From IMG/VR virus record IMGVR_UViG_3300047547_000167, positions 1 through 64,000 of that record: a stretch of DNA of 64,000 nt; one strand, 5' to 3'. The stretch is from a virus. The notes below the pieces were generated by a model. The model was not told where the DNA came from, did no database searches, and saw only the letters and a program-made list of their open reading frames with translations. The position numbers and the translations under genes are program-made. Of this stretch, positions 56,756 through 64,000 are shown one piece after another; the first letter of the stretch is position 1, and each line of letters opens with the position of its first letter.

Positions 56756-58126
56756 TCATTCTTCAGCCCCCAGCAGGCGTCCGCTTTCGGTCAGGATGTA
56801 GAACTCGCTCTCCGCGACCACAGCGGTATCTGGCGAGACAAGCGCGGCCAACAGCTCGTCGCTCTCGGTTGTGAGGTACTCGGACGCCTCGGTGAGCAGC
56901 AGCTCCTCGGGGGTGAGCAGGCGTGTGACCTCGCTGCGCACCGCCGGGCCAATTGCCGCCCAGGTCTCGATGTCGCTCCACGCGGATGGCCGCTCCCAGC
57001 TCTGCTGGTACTCCACCCGTGCGTAGTGGGTGCGGTAGTCGCGGACGTGCAGTGCGGCCCGGACGATGTACTGGAAGCCAGCCCACGTCTCGGCGCCCCA
57101 CGGCAGGTCCACCCAGGCTTGGGACGGCACGACCACGTGCGCGAGCCCCCGGCGGACCTCGCGCACGTTGAACAGCGCGGGGTGATTGAGCACGATGCCG
57201 GTGCCGTCGCTCAGCACCAGGGTGTTGTCCAGCGTCTGGCCGCCTTCCATCAGCGCCACACCAGACCTCTGCCGCAGCACACCCAGGCGGGCCACGTGAC
57301 CGGCAGACCCGTCCACGCCTGACGTGTGGGTGATGAGCGGTGGCAGGCTGATAACGCCAGCGGCGCGGTTGCGCTCGATGACGGCATTCACGGCATCCCA
57401 TTCAACCGTGGAGCGCGCCACGGGCTGGATCAGGTGGTGCCCTACCCGTTGGCCGTCCTGAAACTTGGCCGACCCCGACAGCTCGGAGTTGTCCAGCTGG
57501 AAAATCTCGCGCCAGGGCTCCTCGATGCGGACATCAAACCCGGTGGCGTCGAGGATGGCCAGCTCGATGGCGCGGGCGTTGTTGCGGGCGCGGAAGGCCT
57601 CGCGCGGGATGCGTATGCGCAGAGCGGCATCCGCCTCGCCGGGCAGGCGTGGCACGCCGTACAGGGCAGCCCAGAGGTCGAGCCATTCGCCTTCGGCGGT
57701 GCCAATGACCATTTGCAGCAGCGCCTGGCGCACCTGCTCCTTGGCCCCCAGCACCTCGTCGGCGTAGCCGCTCAGCAGCACCCACAGCAGGGAGGTGAAG
57801 CCCGTGATGTGGTCGCCATTGGACTGCGCCTGGTCGCCCGAGCCCTCCACCAGCACCACGGCGGACAGGCCGGAGAATTTCGTGGACAGCGACTCGACGG
57901 TGAACCCGTCGGCAACCAGCGCGGCGGCCAGCCCACCCACGGTGTACTGCCGCAGGTCGTGGGTGACGGACAGCATGCCAGCGGTGGCCGTGAGCACGCG
58001 GTCTGCAATTTCCCAGGACGCGCCATCGGCGTGACTGAGCCGGAACGCCAGCTCAGCCGCAGGCGCAGCGTCAAACACCGCAGCATGCGGGTATTTGAGC
58101 AGCCGCTGGAGCGCCGTCTGGGTCAT
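56756..58126 (-). CDS. baseplate wedge protein (P2 gpI-like)
   Basis: AEGEWLDLW...GVPR..GE.D..LR.RI; follows baseplate J; C-terminal L(L/T)TE repeats. Confidence 0.7.
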   Translation of the reverse strand: MTQTALQRLLKYPHAAVFDAAPAAELAFRLSHADGASWEIADRVLTATAGMLSVTHDLRQYTVGGLAAALVADGFTVESLSTKFSGLSAVVLVEGSGDQAQSNGDHITGFTSLLWVLLSGYADEVLGAKEQVRQALLQMVIGTAEGEWLDLWAALYGVPRLPGEADAALRIRIPREAFRARNNARAIELAILDATGFDVRIEEPWREIFQLDNSELSGSAKFQDGQRVGHHLIQPVARSTVEWDAVNAVIERNRAAGVISLPPLITHTSGVDGSAGHVARLGVLRQRSGVALMEGGQTLDNTLVLSDGTGIVLNHPALFNVREVRRGLAHVVVPSQAWVDLPWGAETWAGFQYIVRAALHVRDYRTHYARVEYQQSWERPSAWSDIETWAAIGPAVRSEVTRLLTPEELLLTEASEYLTTESDELLAALVSPDTAVVAESEFYILTESGRLLGAEE

Positions 58127-59217
58127 AGCGCCGTGACAGTCAGCGCGCCAGCCACCAGCGCCTCACTGGGGCCGCATACGATGTTGGCCGTGGAGCCGGG
58201 CACGATGGACGCCACGCCGGGCGCGGCCAGCATGGACTCGACCAGCGAGCCCAGGTACAGCGTGGCCCCGGGCGGGACGGCGGCAAGCTCTGCGGCCATG
58301 ATGTCCCCCAGGCGCTGCTCCACGGTGCTGTTGAGCGTGTAGCCGTCGAACATGCCGACCTGCACGGCCAGTGGCACGGCACGCTCCACCATGGGGAGCA
58401 CCTGAATCTCGACCCCGGCAGATCGGTACCCGGGCGTGATGACGCCCAGCTGGTCGTCGCGGCTGCCTTCGAGCAGTGCTTGGGCGGCCTCCAAAATCTC
58501 TGAAGATGGCTCGCCACGGTTGGTGTAGAGGTAAATCCGAACCAGGCCAGGCTGCTCATCGAGCCCGGCGCGGGTGACGTATTCGAAGACGTTGCCGTCG
58601 GCATCCAGCACCACAGGCGACCGTGCGGCATAGAGGCACGCATACACGGTGCCGCGCGACAGCGCGCCGACAAACTCGGCGAACCGCGCCTCGCGCTCGG
58701 CGTCGGTCTCTGGGTCGCGCCCGGTGGTGATCGCCGGATTGCTGACGGTGTAGCCGTCGCCGAACGCCGACGATACCGTGATGAGCCCGGCTGCGATGTT
58801 GCCCACCAGGCCGGGTGTGCCAAACGACACGGGCACGCGCACCACGGTCTGGCTTGCTGCCCAGGTGACGGCTGCCGTGGACTCGTAGACGCGGCCATCC
58901 ACGGCGGTGAACACCGTGCCAATCGGGATGGCCAGCGGCGACACCACGGGGGCCGGGCGGGAGATGCTGACGAACCCGGAGGCGCGCGCCGCCGGTAGCT
59001 TGGTGAAGCCGAACGACTGGAACGTGGCCACCGGAATGGCGTCGCGCAACCCCAGGAACATCTGGAGGTAAAGCTCCTCCATTTCCACGGCTGGGGCTTC
59101 CATGAGCGTGCGCGCCACAGAGCCCGGCTGGAAGTCGGTGATCTTGGTGGTGACGCTGCGCGCGTGGTTGATCTGCGCGGCGACAATCGAAACAAAGTCC
59201 TTCAGCTGGAACGGCAC
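58123..59217 (-). CDS. baseplate J-like protein
   Basis: TDFQPGSVARTLME, G..GN, G.D.ETD.E..RF. Confidence 0.85.
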   Translation of the reverse strand: MPFQLKDFVSIVAAQINHARSVTTKITDFQPGSVARTLMEAPAVEMEELYLQMFLGLRDAIPVATFQSFGFTKLPAARASGFVSISRPAPVVSPLAIPIGTVFTAVDGRVYESTAAVTWAASQTVVRVPVSFGTPGLVGNIAAGLITVSSAFGDGYTVSNPAITTGRDPETDAEREARFAEFVGALSRGTVYACLYAARSPVVLDADGNVFEYVTRAGLDEQPGLVRIYLYTNRGEPSSEILEAAQALLEGSRDDQLGVITPGYRSAGVEIQVLPMVERAVPLAVQVGMFDGYTLNSTVEQRLGDIMAAELAAVPPGATLYLGSLVESMLAAPGVASIVPGSTANIVCGPSEALVAGALTVTAL

Positions 59218-59225
59218 AGGAATCC

Positions 59226-59843
59226 TTAATCGCTGACCACGAGGTCAACGGAGCTACCCTCAATCGCCACCGCGCGAGCGGTGACCTTGACGGCATCAAA
59301 CTGCACATCGGCGCGCGAGGAATCGACGCTCGCCACCCTGTAGTCGGCCTCCAGCGCGGACTTCACGTACTGGGCACCCAGCAGGCCCGCCACGGGGCCG
59401 TTCATGGAGCCCAGGAGCCGCCAAACCCGGCAGCCGTACTCCGGGTGCCGACGGGCCTGCCCGGTGGGCGTGATGAGCCTGTGCTCCAGCTGCTGCCGCA
59501 GGTTGTCCAGCCCGGCGCGCACCATGATGTCGCCCGCGCCGTCGTCCTGAAGCTGCCGCCCCACCATGGCGCAATCCCGCTCGTAGACCTGCCCGCGCTC
59601 GGCATCGTCGGTCCACACCCCAACCGGCGCCGGAACCTTCAGGGCCGCCCCGCTGAGCACCACGCCCGGCGCGACACGCTGCGGGTCGTCGGTGATGTAG
59701 GGCCACACCAGCTTGTTCAACCAAACCAGCTCCACCCATCGGTTTGCGTCGCCCAGCTCTCGCGCGGCAACGGACTGCAGGTCGTCGCCGCGATGGGTTT
59801 CCACCAGGCGGTAATTGGGCTCGCCGCGCTCAAACTCGCTCAC
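59226..59843 (-). CDS. baseplate wedge protein (LysM-like + gp25/W-like)
   Basis: GDDLQSVAARELGDA.RW; GLDNL.Q..RL.TP.G..HPEYG. Confidence 0.75.
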   Translation of the reverse strand: MSEFERGEPNYRLVETHRGDDLQSVAARELGDANRWVELVWLNKLVWPYITDDPQRVAPGVVLSGAALKVPAPVGVWTDDAERGQVYERDCAMVGRQLQDDGAGDIMVRAGLDNLRQQLEHRLITPTGQARRHPEYGCRVWRLLGSMNGPVAGLLGAQYVKSALEADYRVASVDSSRADVQFDAVKVTARAVAIEGSSVDLVVSD

Positions 59844-61027
59844 GCCGCCACCTCCACACCGCCAGAGATGATTGAGGTGAGGCGCCCGATTTCAGGCATG
59901 GGCACAGGAGCCAGCACGGGGTCCATGCCAACCAGCGTCGAGATGCCGCCCAGAGCCGCACTGCTTACCGAGACGGGCCCCTTTTCGGGCGTCATCAGCT
60001 CAAAGACGTTGAGGTTGGCATACGGGCTGTAAGGGCGGCCACCGGTCGTACTGGAGCAGTTCGATGCCCCGTAGAGCCCCGTGTACTGCTCGTAGACTTT
60101 GCGAGGCCGCAGGCTGTTGGCGAAGATGCACAAGGCCTCGTTGTAGGCCGCCGCCACGTTGGAAATTTTGGAGCGAATGTCGCCAGGCAGGCCAGCAATC
60201 GAACTCACGACGCGAAACACATTGAGCCCCACACTGGCCAGGCTGCTGGCGACCGAGATCAGGCGGTTGCCGACACCGGTGGCCAGGTTTTTTGCGTCGC
60301 GCAGCACGCTGAGCACGGAACTGAGCACGCCGTTTGTCATGGACACGAATCCGGTGATGGCCTCCGAGACGCCCGCAAACACCCCGTCGAGCGCACCCAG
60401 CGCATCATCCAGCCAGCTCTTGACGCTGGGCTGGTAGGACGCCAGGCGGCCGACCGTGCGATCAAGCGCGACCACGCCGTTGGCCGGGCTCCCGTACCCT
60501 GGCCCAAGTTTCACGGAGGCCTCCACCGAGGTGCTGACGGCCTGCAATGTGATGTTGTACTGCCAGAGCAGAGGCCGAGACTTTGAGCGGCGCAGCACGA
60601 ACTGCATGGGCACCACGGACCACGCGAAGCCGTCCAGCGTGTCGATGAACAACAGCTTCACCATGGCGGGGTCCATCCCGCGATCAATCGCCGCCTGCTT
60701 GGCATTGTGGTAGTCGTGCACCACTAGCTGATTCAGGGCGTCAAACGCCTGCGCGCCGTCCATGCCGGTGCCAAGGGCCTGGCGCCAGCCGGTGTGCCCG
60801 GAGATCGTGACCGAAGGCATCCCGGCGCCAAAGTTGTCCACCCAGCCCTTGATGTCGCCATGCGCCAGCGTCTGGTGCACGGCAGAGCGCGATGGCTCGT
60901 TGCGGGTCAGGTCTTCCGGGCGAATGTTGAGGCTGACAGCGCGACCAACGGAGCCCACGTTGTCCAGCGCGAACGCAATCGGACGAACTCCGGCTCGCTG
61001 TTCTGTGGGCGCAGGGCGGTCAATCAT
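59840..61027 (-). CDS. tail/baseplate protein (tube-initiator-like)
   Basis: RPEDL, QTL..WVD.FG, ISGHTGWR, RSKSRPLL. Confidence 0.6.
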   Translation of the reverse strand: MIDRPAPTEQRAGVRPIAFALDNVGSVGRAVSLNIRPEDLTRNEPSRSAVHQTLAHGDIKGWVDNFGAGMPSVTISGHTGWRQALGTGMDGAQAFDALNQLVVHDYHNAKQAAIDRGMDPAMVKLLFIDTLDGFAWSVVPMQFVLRRSKSRPLLWQYNITLQAVSTSVEASVKLGPGYGSPANGVVALDRTVGRLASYQPSVKSWLDDALGALDGVFAGVSEAITGFVSMTNGVLSSVLSVLRDAKNLATGVGNRLISVASSLASVGLNVFRVVSSIAGLPGDIRSKISNVAAAYNEALCIFANSLRPRKVYEQYTGLYGASNCSSTTGGRPYSPYANLNVFELMTPEKGPVSVSSAALGGISTLVGMDPVLAPVPMPEIGRLTSIISGGVEVAA

Positions 61028-61033
61028 GCCGCC

Positions 61034-61049
61034 ATTCTTGCGTCACGAC
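61034..61049 (-). promoter_or_regulatory. putative late promoter GTCGTGA-CGC-AAGAAT, 6 nt before ATG
   Basis: Motif family member. Confidence 0.7.
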
Positions 61050-61058
61050 GACGGCGGA

Positions 61059-61802
61059 TCAGCCGACGGGTGGGTCGGTGTTGTCCGGGCCGCGCAGAAT
61101 GCCGCTGTGCACGTGCTCCAGGAAGCTGATGCCGTCGATGGTCACATCGCCATCCACCACCACTGGGCCGGTGATGTGGGTGCTGGGCGTGTCGAGCGTG
61201 ACTGATGGGGCCTTGATGGTGAGCGCCTCGGCGAATTCAAGCGCCCCGCCCTTGGCCACCGTCACACTGAGCGCGCCGTCTGGTGTCAGGCTCAGGTCGA
61301 AGGCGCCAGGCACGAACACGCGCACGCCGATGTTGCGCTCGGTGTTGCGGTCGAGCGCCAGGTTCTTGTCCACGTTCTTGCCGCCCAGGTCTTCGTGCTC
61401 CAGGCTTTCGGCGAACCGGACGAATGCGCCGCTGGGGTGGTGCAGCTCCATGTTGCCGTTGGCGTCCACGGTCGAATAAACGTCCGATGTGTGCCGCGTG
61501 AAAGCGCGGTCCTGCTCCTTGAACGTCATCTGGGAAATCTGCGGGAACAGGTAGCCCACAACCACGGGGTTGTTGCGGATAAACCCCACGATGGCGATCT
61601 GGTCCTGCCCGTTTCGCTTGGTGATATCCCACTTGTCCTTGCGCGCCGGCACGCTCGGCATGTTGACCGAACCCGAGCGGGCGCTGCCGTTTGACGTGAG
61701 CACCTGCACGCCGATCATGCGGGAGCCGTCGTCCATCATGACCAGATCGACGGAGTGATCCTCCGGGTGAACGTCCACCACGATACCTTGACGCATGTTC
61801 AT
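61059..61802 (-). CDS. baseplate central spike (gpV-like)
   Basis: OB-like N-terminus, beta-helix, C-terminal HVH metal motif. Confidence 0.8.
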   Translation of the reverse strand: MNMRQGIVVDVHPEDHSVDLVMMDDGSRMIGVQVLTSNGSARSGSVNMPSVPARKDKWDITKRNGQDQIAIVGFIRNNPVVVGYLFPQISQMTFKEQDRAFTRHTSDVYSTVDANGNMELHHPSGAFVRFAESLEHEDLGGKNVDKNLALDRNTERNIGVRVFVPGAFDLSLTPDGALSVTVAKGGALEFAEALTIKAPSVTLDTPSTHITGPVVVDGDVTIDGISFLEHVHSGILRGPDNTDPPVG

Positions 61803-63355
61803 GGCAGCACCCCTTGGCGGCTGGACTGTTCCACGAGCCACGGAGACGACGACAGGCCCTCCATGGATGTGCGCAGGGCAAAGCCCTCCCCGCGCTCGAA
61901 TGTGAGCGTGGTCACGTAGCCCTGGTACGGAATGAACTCATGGTCCACCTGGACGATGTAGGCGTCCCACACCATGCGCCCGAGCACGAAACGGGCGTAG
62001 TCGCCAGCCTTCAACATCTCGGCGCCATCTGGGCGCATGAGGCCGCCCTTGATGCGGGCGGTACCGCGCTCCAGCACGACGTTGTCCCGGTTCATCTCCA
62101 CCATGTGGCGGCGGCGGCGCTCGATCCACGCCTCCTGCTTGACGGACCGCTCGTCCTGTTCCTTTTCGGGCTGCCCGCTTTGCTGGTTGGTGATCTCGTC
62201 CCCGGCCTGCTGCGTCTCGGCATACATGGGCCGCACGCCGTAATACTTCACAGCGGTGTTTGGGTACTCGCGGGTGGAGACGGTCTCGCTGTTTTCAGCG
62301 ATAGCCGACAGCTTGCGCTGCATGTCATCAATCAGGTCGAAGCGGCTGTTGTTGACCCAGTAGAAGTTGGCCACCGTGGCGTCGGTCCGCATCACGGACA
62401 TGCTCACGATCTGCTCATCCAGCACCGGTACGTAAACGGGGTCTGGCGCGTCATCCTGAATCTTGCGGTCGGTGGAGCCATCCGGGGCTGTGAGGTGCAA
62501 CGCCGGGATGGCACGGTACACGCAGTGCACACCGTCCTCGCGGTCCTCCACGTAAAGCTCGTTCCAGACACCAACATCGCCGTGCAGCCGCATGATCTCG
62601 TAGAGCGACCCCTGCATGGACTGGAACGACTGGTTCACCGAGCCGTGCTTGACCGAGATGCTGTCGCCGGTCTGTATTTCCTTCGGAATGTCGGACGGCA
62701 GCGTGTCCGGCAGGAACCCAGCCAGGTGCGGATTGATGATCTTCTCGACCATCTGCCGAATGAACTCGCCAGCTGGCAGCGCCGCAACCACGCTGACACC
62801 GAAAAGCTCGGACAGGTTGAAGCTGGTGAGCAACGCTTTGCCCTCAACATAAGACGGTAGGTGCAGCACCTGGAACGTCTGCCAGATTTTCCCGTAGTCC
62901 TGCCCGGTGATGGCCACTTGCCGCTGCGGCGTTCCGTCCTGGCTCATGCTCTGGCTGCGGTGCACCTCGGACACGAAGCCCCGCATGACGATGGGGTACT
63001 TGCCGCCAGGCGGAGCGGAGCCAACCCCGCTCCACATGCGAATCTCGATCACGTCCATCGGCTCCACGAGGCCGTAGACGGTTTCCAACGACTGGAAGCC
63101 GGGCGGCGTGAAGTTTGACACCCAGTCCTTCTGGGCTGCGTCCATGAAGGTGATGGACCAGCCGCCTGCTGGCTCGCGCACGGACTTGCTTGTCCGCACG
63201 GATGAGCCATCCCCAAGAAATGGGGTCAGATCAATGTAGGGGTCTTTGCCCTGGTACCGCGTTGACACGCCGGATTTGCCATCAATGGTCCGGCGGTCGA
63301 TGGTTTTGAAAAGCCAGACCGCGCAGCGTGGGGTTGCGTCTTGAAGCGTTGCCAT
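61799..63355 (-). CDS. baseplate hub protein
   Basis: Between tape measure and spike; ITGQDYGK, WNEL. Confidence 0.65.
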   Translation of the reverse strand: MATLQDATPRCAVWLFKTIDRRTIDGKSGVSTRYQGKDPYIDLTPFLGDGSSVRTSKSVREPAGGWSITFMDAAQKDWVSNFTPPGFQSLETVYGLVEPMDVIEIRMWSGVGSAPPGGKYPIVMRGFVSEVHRSQSMSQDGTPQRQVAITGQDYGKIWQTFQVLHLPSYVEGKALLTSFNLSELFGVSVVAALPAGEFIRQMVEKIINPHLAGFLPDTLPSDIPKEIQTGDSISVKHGSVNQSFQSMQGSLYEIMRLHGDVGVWNELYVEDREDGVHCVYRAIPALHLTAPDGSTDRKIQDDAPDPVYVPVLDEQIVSMSVMRTDATVANFYWVNNSRFDLIDDMQRKLSAIAENSETVSTREYPNTAVKYYGVRPMYAETQQAGDEITNQQSGQPEKEQDERSVKQEAWIERRRRHMVEMNRDNVVLERGTARIKGGLMRPDGAEMLKAGDYARFVLGRMVWDAYIVQVDHEFIPYQGYVTTLTFERGEGFALRTSMEGLSSSPWLVEQSSRQGVLP

Positions 63356-63360
63356 GACCG

Positions 63361-64000
63361 TCAGTATCCCATGGATGGCCGCCAGTTTGACTGGACGCGG
63401 GTCTGGACCTGCTGGGGCGCCCCCATGGGCCGTCCATTGGCATCCACCACGCGCACAGTGATGTCGTCGGCGCTGATGTTGTAAGACGGGGTGGCGCCGC
63501 GACTCGACCCAGCGCCAGGCGGCAGCGGAGTCCCCTCCCCGATCTTGGTTCCATCAACGCGGGCCATGATATCGGCGGCATAGGCCTCGGCGGCGGGGCC
63601 CGAGCCGTTGTAGGCACGAACACCGGAGCGCACGCTGCCCGTCCGCTGAATGTTGTTCTTGAGCAGCTTCGCAGCCTCTTCAATCGACCGCTCGGGATTG
63701 CGCCAGTCGTCGGTCAGCCCGCGCTCGGCCAGGAAGGCGGAGTTGTGTTGCATCAACCCGTAGTCCCGGGTGCCGTTGCGGTTGACGCCGCCCACCGCGC
63801 CAGGGCGCATGTTGGACTCCTTCATGGCGATGGCCTTCAGGATGCGCGGGTCCACGCCGTACTGCTTGCCGTACTTCACGAACAGGTCGTCAAACGTGCC
63901 AGGCGCCTCTGCGCCGCCGCTCGACGTGTAGCTGCGCCCGCCTCCACCTGCGGCTGCCGGAGCATTCCCCATCCGGCCCAGCCGCGCACTCTCTGCTGCC
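63361..64000 (-). CDS. C-terminus of tape measure protein with lytic transglycosylase (SLT) domain; start outside window
   Basis: DPRILKAIAMKES, DYGLMQ, AYN. Confidence 0.8.
   Translation of the reverse strand, partial: AAESARLGRMGNAPAAAGGGGRSYTSSGGAEAPGTFDDLFVKYGKQYGVDPRILKAIAMKESNMRPGAVGGVNRNGTRDYGLMQHNSAFLAERGLTDDWRNPERSIEEAAKLLKNNIQRTGSVRSGVRAYNGSGPAAEAYAADIMARVDGTKIGEGTPLPPGAGSSRGATPSYNISADDITVRVVDANGRPMGAPQQVQTRVQSNWRPSMGY

Overview
64-kb segment of a large, GC-rich temperate contractile-tailed (myovirus-type) phage; gene style suggests a Proteobacteria, probably Betaproteobacteria, host (inference). An intact attP (3' half of tRNA-Lys(CTT), arm repeats, integrase) has phage genes on both sides, so this is the free or circular form rather than an integrated prophage. 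Layout: head/packaging genes on the minus strand (portal, TerL, TerS candidate, ParB-MTase; 1-18 kb) interleaved with putative capsid-cargo effector genes; an iteron-like origin at ~21.7-22.1 kb; many small early genes plus RdgC and ThyA (22-31 kb); primase-helicase, SSB and SF2 helicase (31-38 kb); recombination genes and HU (39-43 kb); attP/int; lysis cassette; tail fibre, baseplate and tape-measure genes (48-64 kb). Most notable: (1) a kinase-like + ADP-ribosyltransferase polyvalent protein in an operon with an unknown protein and a Nudix hydrolase, sharing an L-x-K-[S/A] motif with the portal and other head-region proteins; (2) a TerL made of a degenerate Terminase_6-type ATPase fused to a lambda-gpA-type TerL; (3) a late-promoter motif GTCGTGA-N3-(-10) that often implies leaderless mRNAs; (4) a dispersed 17-bp operator abutting early -10 boxes; (5) a tail-fibre gene bracketed by 26-bp promoter repeats; (6) integrase-arm-like repeats 24 kb from attP. 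All family calls come from motifs read by eye; no searches were run.
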